This document shows positions 1 through 9,798 of a stretch of DNA of 64,000 bases, piece after piece. The position numbers and the translations under genes are program-made. Numbering within the stretch: the stretch's first letter is position 1; each line of letters starts with the position of its first letter. The notes below the pieces were generated by a model. That model was not told the origin of the DNA. It saw nothing but the letters and a program-made list of their open reading frames with translations, and made no database searches. The DNA comes from Candidatus Woesebacteria bacterium (GTDB lineage Bacteria; Patescibacteriota; Microgenomatia; UBA8517): assembly GCA_016432525.1 (NCBI GenBank), contig CP066693.1, positions 96,815-160,814 on the forward strand, in the 5' to 3' direction.

Positions 1-1862
1 ACAGCCTTTATCTTATCTCCAACAATTTTTTCAAAATCATCACGATCCAAAGTTTCTTTCTTTAATAGTGCCTCAGAAATCTTATCTAGAAGTTTTCGAT
101 TTTTACTAACAAGCTTGACTGCTTCTTTGTGGCAATCTTCCATAATTTTTCTGATCTCAACATCAACTTTTTCCTGCATTGCAGGTGAAATTGGTGACGG
201 CTCCATCCAATTTGGATTTCCAAAATCATCATATCCTACTTGTGCCCCAAAGTTTATTGGTCCCAAAGAGCTCATTCCAAAATCCTCAACCATTGCTCGA
301 GCCAAACGAGTTGCAGTTTCAATATCAGATGCAGCTCCAGATGTAATATCATCAAACACAGCCTCCTCAGCAGCTCTTCCTCCAAGCATTGCAGTAATTT
401 GCTGCAAAATTCTTGATTTTGTCTCGTGGGTTCTATCGGCTGCAGGCGGAATAAGTGTATGCCCCAAACTCATTCCTCGAGCTACGATTGAAATTCTATG
501 AACTGGATCCATCAATGGAAGTGCATGGGTAACTACTGCATGTCCTGCCTCGTGATACGCAGTAATTTTCTTATCATCATCACTCTGAATTCTTCTCTTG
601 GCTGGCCCCATTTTGACTTTAGTTGCAGCCTCCTCGATATCTTCCATTTCAACTTCTTTTTTATTCTCGCGTGCTGCATGAATCGCTGCCTCATTAAGCA
701 TGTTTTCCAAATCTGCCCCAGAAAATCCAACAGTTCTGTCTGACACTCTATCCCAGTTAACCTCTTTTGAAAACTTCTTTCCCCTTGCATGAATCGAAAG
801 AATAGCCTTCCTTCCTTCACGGTCCGGCATATCCAAAGTTATTCTTCTATCAAACCTTCCAGGGCGGAGTAAAGCTGGATCCAAAAGATCACCACGATTA
901 GTTGCTGCGATAACAATTACATTATCATTTGGGGTAAATCCATCCATTTCAACCAAAATCTGATTTAAAGTTTGCTCGCGCTCATCATGTCCTCCAATAA
1001 AACCACCGCGACCACGCTGCCTCCCAATTGCATCAATTTCATCAATAAAGATAATTGAAGGAGCTGAAGCCTTAGCAGTAGCAAAAAGATCACGAACTCT
1101 GGATGCTCCTACTCCAACAAGCATTTCCATAAATTCAGATCCTGCCATTGAAAAATAAGAAACCCCCGCCTCCCCAGCAACAGCTCGTGCAAGTAAAGTT
1201 TTACCAACTCCAGATGGTCCAAAAAGTAAAACACCCTTTGGGGTTCTAGCTCCCATTGCTCGATATTTTGCAGGATGCCTCAAAAAATCAACTATTTCTT
1301 CAAGTTCTTTTTTTGCCTCATCAACTCCCGCAACATCTGCAAATGTCACAGACTGTTTTCCTTTTGCAAAAAGCTTTGCGCGTGATCTTCCAAATGAAAA
1401 TATATCCTGAGCTCCTTTGTTTTGAGCCCTCAGTAAAAATATAAAAAACAAAGCCATCAATCCAATAGGAAGAACCAATCCCACAATATCAGAAATAGCC
1501 TTAACTAAAGTTTGGTCAGAAACACTAAAAGAAACAGTTTTTGGATCAATTTTGGCTCTATCTAAAAGCTCAGGCAAAGAAATTGAAGATTCCTTTGTTG
1601 CAGTTTTTACACTTTTATCCTTATAAGTAATAACAAGTTTATTATCCTCGACAACAATATTAGAGACTTTCTGGTCTTTTACGTCATTCAAGGCCTGAGA
1701 TAAATCAACCTTTCCACCATCACCTTGATTTTGAAAAAAAGTCAAAATCATTGGAGTAAAAAAAAGTATTACAAGCCCTATTACGAGTACTCTCCAAAGG
1801 TTAAGTTTTAGTTTAATCTCAATTCTTCTTTTCTTTTGATTATTAGAGTTATTGTTTTTCAT
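1..1862 (-). CDS. ftsH: ATP-dependent zinc metalloprotease FtsH (partial, C-terminus runs off window start)
   Basis: Minus-strand translation from ATG at 1862 gives an N-terminal TM region, Walker A '[20 protein letters not shown]' (~1150-1240) and zinc motif 'HEAGHAVV' (~530-560). There is no stop before position 1, so it is absent from the ORF track as a partial ORF. Confidence 0.88.
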   Translation of the reverse strand, partial: MKNNNSNNQKKRRIEIKLKLNLWRVLVIGLVILFFTPMILTFFQNQGDGGKVDLSQALNDVKDQKVSNIVVEDNKLVITYKDKSVKTATKESSISLPELLDRAKIDPKTVSFSVSDQTLVKAISDIVGLVLPIGLMALFFIFLLRAQNKGAQDIFSFGRSRAKLFAKGKQSVTFADVAGVDEAKKELEEIVDFLRHPAKYRAMGARTPKGVLLFGPSGVGKTLLARAVAGEAGVSYFSMAGSEFMEMLVGVGASRVRDLFATAKASAPSIIFIDEIDAIGRQRGRGGFIGGHDEREQTLNQILVEMDGFTPNDNVIVIAATNRGDLLDPALLRPGRFDRRITLDMPDREGRKAILSIHARGKKFSKEVNWDRVSDRTVGFSGADLENMLNEAAIHAARENKKEVEMEDIEEAATKVKMGPAKRRIQSDDDKKITAYHEAGHAVVTHALPLMDPVHRISIVARGMSLGHTLIPPAADRTHETKSRILQQITAMLGGRAAEEAVFDDITSGAASDIETATRLARAMVEDFGMSSLGPINFGAQVGYDDFGNPNWMEPSPISPAMQEKVDVEIRKIMEDCHKEAVKLVSKNRKLLDKISEALLKKETLDRDDFEKIVGDKIKA

Positions 1863-1898
1863 CAAACGAGAAATTATATCACTAAAACAAATTGAGTG

Positions 1899-2279
1899 CT
1901 AACGAACTTTTGTACCATTAGCTGTCTTTTTAGATATTTTGAAAAGTATTGGAGCAGTCTCCTCGTCGTCTTGGACAACCTGCCCGCCTGCATGCGAAGC
2001 TTGCGGCGTGGCCATTATCATCATCGCCTCAGACAGTTCCCTGTCAGGCCCTATTTTTTTAGGTTCTAAATTAATTACAAAAGGAAATTGTTTTCCTATT
2101 AAATCTTCGGGCTTGTAAAACTTCATTATTCCAGAAAAAGAGAGTTTTGTTCCAATCTCTTCACCAAAATCAACTTTTAGTCTCATTACCCAATGGCTCC
2201 AATCAGGAACTTCTGCTTCCAAGACAGTCCCAATTCTTATATCAACTTTTGAAAAATCATCATATGAAATTTGATTCAT
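1899..2279 (-). CDS. Stand-alone tRNA-binding domain protein (CsaA/Trbp111-like)
   Basis: 126 aa with 'FSKVDIRIGTV...' OB-fold tRNA_bind-like N-terminus. Lies immediately downstream of trpS (TAAATG junction). Confidence 0.6.
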   Translation of the reverse strand: MNQISYDDFSKVDIRIGTVLEAEVPDWSHWVMRLKVDFGEEIGTKLSFSGIMKFYKPEDLIGKQFPFVINLEPKKIGPDRELSEAMMIMATPQASHAGGQVVQDDEETAPILFKISKKTANGTKVR

Positions 2280-3272
2280 TTATTTAAATCCCATTTTCTC
2301 TTTTACTTCATTAACTGTTGATTCAGCTATTTTCCTAGCTTTTTCTGCTCCTTGTCTTAAAACTTCGTCAACATATTCAGGCTTTGATTCCAACTCACGT
2401 CTCTTTTCTTGAATCGGCTTAAGTTCTTTATAAATTGCCTCAGCTAATCCTTGCTTCAATTCAGAATATTTAATACCAGATGAAGTATAAAGTTTCTCAT
2501 AATGGACTCTTTTATCTTCTCCTTCAAAAAGCTCTACCAATTTCAAAAGATTGGAAACTCCACCTTCTTTTGGAATCTTTTCTCCTTTTCCAGAATCAGT
2601 TGGCGCATGCGAAAGTCTTTCTTTAATAGTCTCCAAATCATCAGTTAAATTAATAAAACTTCCGGGAACTGACTTACTCATTTTTCCCACTCCAGTTAAG
2701 GAAGGCACATATTCTCCTTTTGTTGCAAAACGAGTAGGTTCTGGAAAATCAGTTCCGTAAGTATCATTCATTTTTCTTGCAATCTCTCGGGCAACTTCCA
2801 AATGAGGCTCTTGATCAATTCCAACAGGAATCAACGACGCCTTGTAAATTAGAATGTCTGCTGCCATTAAAACCGGATAGTTCAAAAGTGCCATAGTTGC
2901 ATGCTCTGGATACTGTTTAACCTTGTCTTTAAATGTAGGCAAATGCTGCATCCTTGCAATTGTCACAACAGTTGAAAAATAAAAAGAAAGTTGTGCAATT
3001 AAATCAGCCAATTCAGATTGAATATACAGATGGCTCTTTTTAGGATCAATTCCACAAGATAAATAATCCAAAACAACATCGCGTGTTTTCTGTTTTAAAA
3101 TTTTTGGATCATAAGGAGTAGTTGTTGCATGAAGATCAACAACACAATATAAAGTCTCATATCTAGGATCATTTTGAAGCTCAAGCATGCCACGAACGGC
3201 CCCAAGGTAATTTCCCAAATGAAGCCTGCCTGTAGCCCTTATTCCAGATAAAACTCGCGTCTTTTTAGTCAT
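2280..3272 (-). CDS. trpS: Tryptophanyl-tRNA synthetase
   Basis: Class I aaRS motifs 'HLGNYLGA' and 'KMSKS'. Length is 330 aa. Confidence 0.9.
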   Translation of the reverse strand: MTKKTRVLSGIRATGRLHLGNYLGAVRGMLELQNDPRYETLYCVVDLHATTTPYDPKILKQKTRDVVLDYLSCGIDPKKSHLYIQSELADLIAQLSFYFSTVVTIARMQHLPTFKDKVKQYPEHATMALLNYPVLMAADILIYKASLIPVGIDQEPHLEVAREIARKMNDTYGTDFPEPTRFATKGEYVPSLTGVGKMSKSVPGSFINLTDDLETIKERLSHAPTDSGKGEKIPKEGGVSNLLKLVELFEGEDKRVHYEKLYTSSGIKYSELKQGLAEAIYKELKPIQEKRRELESKPEYVDEVLRQGAEKARKIAESTVNEVKEKMGFK

Positions 3273-3321
3273 ACGCTTATCTTACTCTAGTTTGAAGCTA
3301 AAAAAAAGAAGAGAGCTTAAG

Positions 3322-3395
3322 TAGCAGGGGTGGGGATCGAACCCACGACCTCAGCGTTATGAATGCTGTGCTCTAACCGACTGAGCTACCCTGCC
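3322..3395 (-). tRNA. tRNA-Met(CAU) (elongator-type; could also be tRNA-Ile2 if lysidinylated)
   Basis: Reverse complement GGCAGGG-TA-GCTC-AGTCGGTTA-GAGC-A-CAGCA-TTCATAA-CGCTG-AGGTC-GTGGG-TTCGATC-CCCAC-CCCTGCT-A. Cloverleaf with anticodon CAT. No 3 G-C pairs in the anticodon stem, so not an initiator. CCA is not encoded. Confidence 0.75.
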
Positions 3396-3568
3396 TCATG
3401 TTTTTAGGTTGCGAGACATGAATACCCCATACTGCGAACCACTAGTCAAAAGATCGAGAAATATATTATACCTAGTTTAAGGGGAAAATAACAACTCTAA
3501 AATATTGAAGCGCCTCTGGAAAAGCAATTTTTACCTTTCCAAAGGCAACTAAAGCTAGAATGTCGTAT

Positions 3569-3793
3569 TTATTTTCGTGCAGGATCTCTACCTAACTCCC
3601 TATGATATTCTCTCTCTTCCTCGAGACTTTCTGACTCTGTCTGTACAGGCGAAAATTCATACGCCGATCCCCCTCTGTTCAAGAGCCAGAAAATACCAAA
3701 AACTACTACGAAAAGAGCCAGTGCAATCAGAATTGAAACGCAAAGTATCACTATCTGGGTTTCCTTAGGCATCAACCAGAACCATTCAGGCAT
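3569..3793 (-). CDS. Small membrane protein (hypothetical)
   Basis: 74-aa ORF with one TM helix (ILCVSILIALALFVVVFGIFWLL) inside the higher-GC segment. Confidence 0.35.
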   Translation of the reverse strand: MPEWFWLMPKETQIVILCVSILIALALFVVVFGIFWLLNRGGSAYEFSPVQTESESLEEEREYHRELGRDPARK

Positions 3794-3992
3794 TCGAGTC
3801 TCCTTTATTTGTCTATCGATCTTCTTCTACTTACTTAAATGCTGAAAATGAAATTTGAGTTTAGCAACCTGGTTGCGGGGAATCCAAGAAATCAGAAATT
3901 ATTTTCTGACGTTACAGACTCCCGTTTTTATTCCAACTCTGTAAACTATTATCTCAAAATAAGGCTATTAAGTGCAACTTGGGGAGCGGTAG

Positions 3993-4403
3993 TTACTTAT
4001 TTCCACCTTGCGGTTGGTCAAATAGGTCCAGTTGAAGATATCTCGCTTTAACATCTGAGTGGTCCAACATATATTGAGAAATTTCTCCCAGGACCGAAAG
4101 ATGTACAGATTCTTCTACGAAATATTGAGAGGGCCATCTCTCTTTCTTAGCTTTAAGGTCATCATATAACTCCAGTGATGTTGTCAATATTACAGTATGG
4201 AAGCCAGTTGATTTTCCTTCTGCAAGCATTCGTTCTATAGTCCCTGTGAATGTGGGTACATAACTTTCAGGATTTATTTGTAATGAAGCACCCTCCTCAT
4301 CAGTGTCAGCCAGAAATGCATTGAGTCTCGCCACAAATGATTGTGCAAGTTGAGAGGGGTCGCCTTCTTTTGCTCTACGTCGAGGATTCTCTTTTGGATT
4401 CAT
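3993..4403 (-). CDS. Hypothetical protein (element-borne)
   Basis: 136-aa ORF in the higher-GC segment. No recognisable motif. Confidence 0.4.
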   Translation of the reverse strand: MNPKENPRRRAKEGDPSQLAQSFVARLNAFLADTDEEGASLQINPESYVPTFTGTIERMLAEGKSTGFHTVILTTSLELYDDLKAKKERWPSQYFVEESVHLSVLGEISQYMLDHSDVKARYLQLDLFDQPQGGNK

Positions 4404-4619
4404 TACGGTATTATATGACCTATAGCATATTTTGTCAACGGTAGGAGTTCGGGACCCACCCCACCCTAATTTTCTACTCCCCGAAGTTGATTAAGTGCCT
4501 CTTAAATCCGCAGCATAATTTTCAAATCTCCTACTCGCTGAACTGGTGCTATCATACCTTAATGCTACCTTTGGCATACCCTCCAATACCCATTCTACTT
4601 TCTTTGAGGGCGACGCTCT

Positions 4620-4725
4620 AGGCACGACCATCTATATAATCATTATTATTACTTATAAAGAATGATAATAAAGATAATATAAAGAGATATACGGTAGTAA
4701 ATTCGAGCAAATGTCGTGCCTGGGG
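4620..4725. repeat. Inverted repeat CTAGGCACGAC / GTCGTGCCTGG flanking a ~80-nt AT-rich spacer
   Basis: Seen directly at ~4618-4628 and ~4712-4724. The enclosed sequence is ~85% AT (catctatataatcattattattacttataaagaatgataataaag...). Confidence 0.5.
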
Positions 4726-5071
4726 TCTTAATGTTGTCCGTGTCCCTATATAAATTTATAAATCATAATTGAAAATCCTTTCAGACCATGAAATTGGACC
4801 GATACGACGGGATAATCTCTTGACAAGCTTCTTCAAGTTTGATACGCTGAATATGTTGAAAATTGAATATCCAAAGTAAGGCGGATACTGCTAGGTGAAC
4901 GAGTAATTTCAAGTAGACGCTAGCTGGGCCCGAAACGGTTGACAGGGAATAAAGGTTGGACGCCAAATCACGACCCTAAAAGCTTGTGAGACAACCCTAA
5001 ACCACCTATTCCTGGTGAATTGCACACTTTGTGTGTGTCATCAGGGATAGCCGTTTCAAAGTAACTGATGA

Positions 5072-5101
5072 GCAGCTCAAAGGAGCTGCTTTTTTGTTGC
5101 C
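5072..5101 (+). terminator. Rho-independent terminator AGCAGCTC-aaag-GAGCTGCT followed by TTTTTTG
   Basis: Perfect 8-bp GC-rich stem, 4-nt loop and U6 tract. It overlaps the annotated 5' end of ORF 5068-5406, so that ORF probably starts at the internal Met (~5109). Confidence 0.55.
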
Positions 5102-5108
5102 TTACTAT

Positions 5109-5406
5109 GGATACCAAAACCGATACAGATAATAACTACTTCCGCTCCGATGACCTGCTGATTTCCAGTTTCTTACTTTGTCGTCAAGCACAACTTATAG
5201 ACATTACATCTGATTCAGATTCTTCGCGACACTTTATTTTCACCTTCCAAGACCTCACCAAATGCAGGCAGTTAGTACAGGAATACATCAATGGAGCTTC
5301 AGCCCCAGCTAGGGACCTATTTGCGATGAGAGAGCAGCTACTGACTCAAATGCGAAATCGAGACGGAGACAGAAACGGAGGCAGATATGGCAACACCTAC
5401 AAATAA
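5109..5406 (+). CDS. Hypothetical protein (element-borne)
   Basis: ORF-track ORF 5068-5406. Start moved to internal Met (MDTKTDTD...) because the first 11 codons form the terminator hairpin. Confidence 0.4.
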
Positions 5407-5944
5407 ACCAACCTACATCTATCACTACCGAGAGATTCCCCAATGGCTCAAACAGTCGCCAAATGCATTTCATCTGCTGGCAGAATTTGCCAGGCGGGCC
5501 AGGAGAGAGGAGGCGGATGTGGGTTGGAACGGGGAAAATATCCGCTTACAACCTCGCCAGTTTATAACAGGGAGAATTAGACTATCCCAAGAGCTTGGAC
5601 TTACCGAAGGAGAGTATAGGTCTTCTTACCAGAAGTTGGTGCTATCTGGCCTCATTCGAACCGTTCGTTCAACCAAAAGATATACCGTGGTTGAGTACCT
5701 TGCTGACGGTGTTTTTGGACTTAATCTCCCCTCTGATTTACCATCTGAACAACCATCTGAATTACCAACTGATAACCGACCAACTACCACTAATAAGAAT
5801 GAGAATAATGAGAAGAATTTTAATTCGCGATTAGGGGAATCAACAGAAAAATCGCAAGAATCGCCTTCTTATAAGAACAGCGAAGCATATAAGCGTCTTG
5901 TTGAGCGGAGAAAGGAGCTGGGCCTATGGCCGAAGAAGTTATAG
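5387..5944 (+). CDS. Putative DNA-binding protein, possibly a replication/regulatory winged-helix protein (hypothetical)
   Basis: 185 aa with a basic N-terminal half and an acidic, low-complexity C-terminal half. Translationally coupled to neighbours. Function not established from sequence. Confidence 0.45.
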   Translation: MATPTNKPTYIYHYREIPQWLKQSPNAFHLLAEFARRARREEADVGWNGENIRLQPRQFITGRIRLSQELGLTEGEYRSSYQKLVLSGLIRTVRSTKRYTVVEYLADGVFGLNLPSDLPSEQPSELPTDNRPTTTNKNENNEKNFNSRLGESTEKSQESPSYKNSEAYKRLVERRKELGLWPKKL

Positions 5945-6162
5945 TTGCCCAAGCCCAGACCATCGCCGAGAAACTGAACGACCCAGGCGGGATTTGGTTC
6001 TACTATAAGGCCATCAGAATCCTGGGTTTTGATATTTGTTACCAACTTTGTTCTCATACGCTGGACAAATACCGTCGAGGTGAAATTAAAATTTCCCCTG
6101 GAGCCTATTACAACGGCTGCGTGGCGAAAGAAATTCAGGAGAGGAGGGGCCATGCAGCTTAA
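5926..6162 (+). CDS. Small hypothetical protein (element-borne)
   Basis: 78 aa. Overlaps the previous stop and the next start in an operon-like arrangement. Confidence 0.3.
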   Translation: MAEEVIVAQAQTIAEKLNDPGGIWFYYKAIRILGFDICYQLCSHTLDKYRRGEIKISPGAYYNGCVAKEIQERRGHAA

Positions 6163-6361
6163 TCAAGCAGCCCTGGACGAGTTTAAGAACCTATACGCCA
6201 AGCAATATAGGGTTAAATTGACTGACCAACAGGCACTTGAGTATGGCACCCGACTAATTACTTTTGTCAAAGCAGTCTGTGGTGAGAATTTGCCCAAAGT
6301 ATCGCAAAATAAGTTGATTCTGACCAACCAAAAGGATATTATTAAATTGACTACAGGATAG
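6152..6361 (+). CDS. Small hypothetical protein (element-borne)
   Basis: Internal ATG at 6152 is preceded by a strong RBS GGAGAGGAGGGG. 69 aa. The ORF-track start at 6029 is unlikely. Confidence 0.4.
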   Translation: MQLNQAALDEFKNLYAKQYRVKLTDQQALEYGTRLITFVKAVCGENLPKVSQNKLILTNQKDIIKLTTG

Positions 6362-6378
6362 ATATTGAGAAACAAATT

Positions 6379-8352
6379 ATGGATACAGATATTACTCCTA
6401 AATACATTGGCTACGCTCGAAAATCTTCTGAAGATAATAAAGAAAGACAGGCTGCCTCACTTCCTGACCAGCTTTATGTTATCGACCAACTGAAATCCAA
6501 ATTGGGGCTGAAACTGGTTACTGAACTTCAGGAGAGTAAGTCTGCTCATATTCCACAACAGCGAGAGGCTTTCAAGGAGATGGTCAATCTTATCGAACAG
6601 GGAAAAGCCAATGCTATTGTTACTTGGCACGCTAACCGCTTGGCCAGAAATCCTGTTGATGGTGGTTACATCATTTTTCTGATGGACGACGGCAAGCTCC
6701 TTGAGATTCTTACACCCTCTCGAACTTATCGAAACACTCCCGAAGATAAGTTTATGCTGGGCCTGGAGTTTTCCCTCTCCAAAAAAGACAGCGACGACAA
6801 AAGCGTTGTGGTTAAACGAGGTCTGGAGAAAAAGTTGCGAGATGGTTGGAGGCCTGGCTGGGCACCTCTTGGATATTTGAACGACAAAGGAACTGAAAGT
6901 GGATTTCGGAGAATCTATGCTGACCCGAAGCGATTGCCATTTGTGAGGAAAATATTTGCACTCTTTCTGGCTGGGACACCTGCAACTGAAGTTTTGCGTA
7001 TATCTCAAGAAGAATGGCACCTTACAACACTCCAGCGAAAGAGAATCGGCGGGAAATCACTCTCTTTAAGTGAACTTTATTTGATGCTTAATAACCCCTT
7101 TTACTGCGGCAAGTTTGAGTATCCAATTGGCAGCGGTAGTTGGTATGAGAATAATTCCTCTCTTGAGCGGGCTGTCAGCGAAGAAGAATTTAACCAGGTT
7201 CAAGTTAAGCTGGGCAATATCAGCCAGTATTACACCAAGCACGACTACACTTATTCGGGCTTAATGAAATGTGGCGACTGTGCTTCGGGGATAGTGGTTG
7301 ACGGCAAGTGGCAGGTCATTTGCGCCAGTTGTAAGACTAAATTCCAAATCACCAACAAAAACAAAGACCGATGTACAAAGTGTGGCACGCTGATTGCTGA
7401 AATGACCAACCCCAAAATTCTCCATTACATTTACCACCGTTGCGGCCGAAAGAAAGACCGCAGTTGCCGAGAGTTAAGTATTAGTGAGAAGGAACTTGAG
7501 AGGCAGATTGACGAGAGGCTTTCAGAAATTGAACTTAATCCCTACTTTCTTGAGTGGGCAGTCAAACAAATTGCTCAAATGCACGAGGAGGAGAAATCAT
7601 TCAGAGAGGACACAATAGAGGCTACTAAGCGGGCCCACGACGATTGTAGAAGGCGGTTGGATAACTTGGTGGCTCTCAAGATTGCTCCAACAAACACCGA
7701 CGGGAGTATGTTAAGTGATGAAGAATTTAAGAGAAGAAAACTACCTCTTGAGGAAGAACTTAAAGGTATTGAGAAGCAATTGGTTAACATTGACGAACGG
7801 ATGATTCAGGCCAATAACGACACGGTCAGAGCCGTTACTTTCTGCACTCGAGCTAGAGAGAAATTTGCCACAGACGACCCCAAAGTTAAGCGTGATATTT
7901 TCGTGGGGCTTGGATTGCACCTAACATTAAGAGGTAAAAAGGTCGATTTTGACGCTCCACTATACTTTGAAAAGATAGACGAAATGAAATCCCGTGTTCC
8001 GATTATTGGAAGTAGGGTTGCACCTAATGAAAAGCCCGTCGATATCACCAAAATGGAGGCCTTTTCAGCCTCCATTCCTACCTTGTTGCGGGGCCTGGAG
8101 TCGGACCAGGTCTTGGAGATTATGAGCCTCCCGTGCGGCCACTACACTTCCCCGCATATAACTAACATGCCTATTATATCTCAAAAAAACAGACTTAACC
8201 ACTTTTTCCAGTTCGGATCTGGTAGTTTTACCTCTTTTCTTACTCTTTCAGGCACAAGCTTTCTAAGCTCATCATCTGGTGGCAACACCAAAACAATATC
8301 ATTAGGTTTAGAAAGCCCAAGGCTATCCCTAGCCTCTTTTTCTTTAAAATAG
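6379..8352 (+). CDS. Large serine recombinase (resolvase/integrase family). The native C-terminus is probably near ~8150-8180, and the ORF reads through into low-GC host DNA
   Basis: N-terminal resolvase domain 'YIGYARKSSEDN...ANAIVTWHANRLARN' with the catalytic Ser in ARKSS. Followed by a recombinase domain and a Cys-rich zinc ribbon (CGDCASG...CASCKTK...CTKCG...HYIYHRCGRKKDRSC) and a coiled coil. The last ~60 codons are low-GC and overlap the ftsB-like gene on the opposite strand. Confidence 0.85.
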   Translation: MDTDITPKYIGYARKSSEDNKERQAASLPDQLYVIDQLKSKLGLKLVTELQESKSAHIPQQREAFKEMVNLIEQGKANAIVTWHANRLARNPVDGGYIIFLMDDGKLLEILTPSRTYRNTPEDKFMLGLEFSLSKKDSDDKSVVVKRGLEKKLRDGWRPGWAPLGYLNDKGTESGFRRIYADPKRLPFVRKIFALFLAGTPATEVLRISQEEWHLTTLQRKRIGGKSLSLSELYLMLNNPFYCGKFEYPIGSGSWYENNSSLERAVSEEEFNQVQVKLGNISQYYTKHDYTYSGLMKCGDCASGIVVDGKWQVICASCKTKFQITNKNKDRCTKCGTLIAEMTNPKILHYIYHRCGRKKDRSCRELSISEKELERQIDERLSEIELNPYFLEWAVKQIAQMHEEEKSFREDTIEATKRAHDDCRRRLDNLVALKIAPTNTDGSMLSDEEFKRRKLPLEEELKGIEKQLVNIDERMIQANNDTVRAVTFCTRAREKFATDDPKVKRDIFVGLGLHLTLRGKKVDFDAPLYFEKIDEMKSRVPIIGSRVAPNEKPVDITKMEAFSASIPTLLRGLESDQVLEIMSLPCGHYTSPHITNMPIISQKNRLNHFFQFGSGSFTSFLTLSGTSFLSSSSGGNTKTISLGLESPRLSLASFSLK

Positions 8353-8558
8353 TCACTTCCCACAATCTCCAGCTCATCTTTTAGCTTACTATTCTCATCT
8401 GCAAGTTTTGATAGCTCATCATTAGCCTCCTTTATTCTCTCATCAGCAGATAAAGATCTGGATATATTCCTTGCTAAAGAAATCAAAAGAATAACAACAA
8501 GTCCCCATACAATTATTCTCACCAAAAAATCAATCTTGCTCTTATTTTCCTGATGCAT
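8181..8558 (-). CDS. Septum formation initiator family protein (FtsB/DivIC-like)
   Basis: 125 aa with an N-terminal TM helix and a coiled coil (ERIKEANDELSKLADENSKLKDELE). Its stop abuts the GC shift at ~8180. Confidence 0.6.
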   Translation of the reverse strand: MHQENKSKIDFLVRIIVWGLVVILLISLARNISRSLSADERIKEANDELSKLADENSKLKDELEIVGSDYFKEKEARDSLGLSKPNDIVLVLPPDDELRKLVPERVRKEVKLPDPNWKKWLSLFF

Positions 8559-8645
8559 TAAATTAAAAAATATACTATAATATTATTAGTTAATACCTAT
8601 AATGTTTGACGTTTCAAAAATTTGTGATATCATATATAAATTACT

Positions 8646-9509
8646 ATGAACCAAGAACCACTTAAATCTCTTCTGCCAAAATTTATCGAAAACCTTAAAA
8701 CTAAGGGTCGTTCACCTGCAACCATCTTAGCTTATAGAGCCGATTTAGAACAGCTTATACTCTATCTTGAAAAGAATAATAAACTAAATGCATCTGATGT
8801 TGCATCAAGTGATTTAAACTCTTTCAGAGATTATTTGCTTGCCCAAAAATATACTCCAAAATCAGCATCCAGAAAACTAAATGCTGTTAAAACTTTTTTC
8901 CGTTGGCTTAAAGATGAAAACATTATAGCAAATGACCCATCAAAAGAAGTTGTCCACCCTAAAATTGAAGCCAGCCAACCAAAATTCTTAAATCAACTCG
9001 AATATCGCGCTTTAAGAGACATTACAAGAGTAGACGCTCGCATCGCAGCCATAATTGAACTAATCTTACAAACTGGAATGAGAATTTCAGAGGTAGCAAA
9101 CTTAAAACTTGCAAACATAAAAGATCATGAAGTAACAATTGAAAGCTATGCAACCCAACCTCAAAGAACAATTCCTTTGAATAATGCAGCCAAGTTAGCG
9201 CTTGATTCTTACTTAAAAGAACGCCCCCAAAGCGATTCTCCTTATACATTCATAAGTAAAAACGGAAAAGTTTTAGCAGTTAGAAACATCAGGGCCTCAA
9301 TCGATCGTTACATGCAAAAAGCAGAAATCGAAAAATTCTCAGTAAATGATTTAAGAACAACTTTTATTGTAGAAAACCTAAAAAGAGGAGTAGATTTGGT
9401 AACAATTTCCCAAACAGCAGGACACAAAAGATTATCAACAACCGAAAGATATTTAGAGCTTGCTGGAATCAAAGAACCAGGTAAAAAGCAAAAACTCGAA
9501 GAGCTTTAA
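8646..9509 (+). CDS. Tyrosine recombinase (XerC/XerD-like integrase family)
   Basis: N-terminal SAM-like domain. C-terminal catalytic motifs include 'HKRLSTTERY' (His-x-x-Arg...Tyr). Confidence 0.85.
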   Translation: MNQEPLKSLLPKFIENLKTKGRSPATILAYRADLEQLILYLEKNNKLNASDVASSDLNSFRDYLLAQKYTPKSASRKLNAVKTFFRWLKDENIIANDPSKEVVHPKIEASQPKFLNQLEYRALRDITRVDARIAAIIELILQTGMRISEVANLKLANIKDHEVTIESYATQPQRTIPLNNAAKLALDSYLKERPQSDSPYTFISKNGKVLAVRNIRASIDRYMQKAEIEKFSVNDLRTTFIVENLKRGVDLVTISQTAGHKRLSTTERYLELAGIKEPGKKQKLEEL

Positions 9510-9528
9510 TCTTGACAATAAACCGTAT

Positions 9529-9798
9529 ATGTCATATGCTAGACATATGATAAGAACACAAGTTTATCTGACAGAAGATTTGTATCAAACTATTCGCCTA
9601 AAAGCTAAAAAAGAGAAAAGGCCAACGGCTCAGTTGATACGACATCTCTTAGAAACTGGCCTTAAAGAAAAGAATAAAAAGACCAAGACAAACGCTGGTG
9701 ATGCCCTCCTACGAATTGCACGCCTTGGAGAGAAGTTAAAAATAAAAGGACCTAAATATTTATCCACTAATATTGATAAATATCTCTACGAAGAATGA
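9529..9798 (+). CDS. Putative antitoxin (ribbon-helix-helix-like), partner of downstream PIN gene
   Basis: ~89 aa from ATG 9529 ('MSYARHMIRTQVYLTEDLYQTIRLKAKKEKR'). ATGA stop/start overlap with the PIN ORF at 9795. Confidence 0.5.
   Translation: MSYARHMIRTQVYLTEDLYQTIRLKAKKEKRPTAQLIRHLLETGLKEKNKKTKTNAGDALLRIARLGEKLKIKGPKYLSTNIDKYLYEE

Larger units (their letters stand above)
3400..8180. mobile_element. Putative small integrative element (large serine recombinase plus small ORFs); boundaries approximate
   Basis: GC content jumps to roughly 45-50% against a ~34% background. A large serine recombinase lies at the right end. Small tightly packed ORFs have strong RBSs. An AT-rich segment is flanked by an inverted repeat. 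The right boundary coincides with the stop of an ftsB-like gene and the left with the tRNA-Met 5' flank. Confidence 0.5.

Noticed and set aside
115-820. Plus-strand ORFs 115-501, 498-743 and minus-strand ORF 533-820 from the track
   Set aside because: They lie inside the minus-strand ftsH coding region, whose Walker A and HEXXH motifs are unambiguous. They are out-of-frame or antisense artefacts.
3396-3560. Possible second RNA gene next to tRNA-Met (GCGAGAC and CTGCGAACCAC motifs)
   Set aside because: No cloverleaf or other recognisable fold could be built. Likely promoter or junction DNA of the inserted element.
5060-5101. CUGAUGAG followed by a hairpin, a superficially hammerhead-like core
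   Set aside because: There is no GAAA element or helix III/I partners. The hairpin is followed by U6, so it is an ordinary intrinsic terminator.
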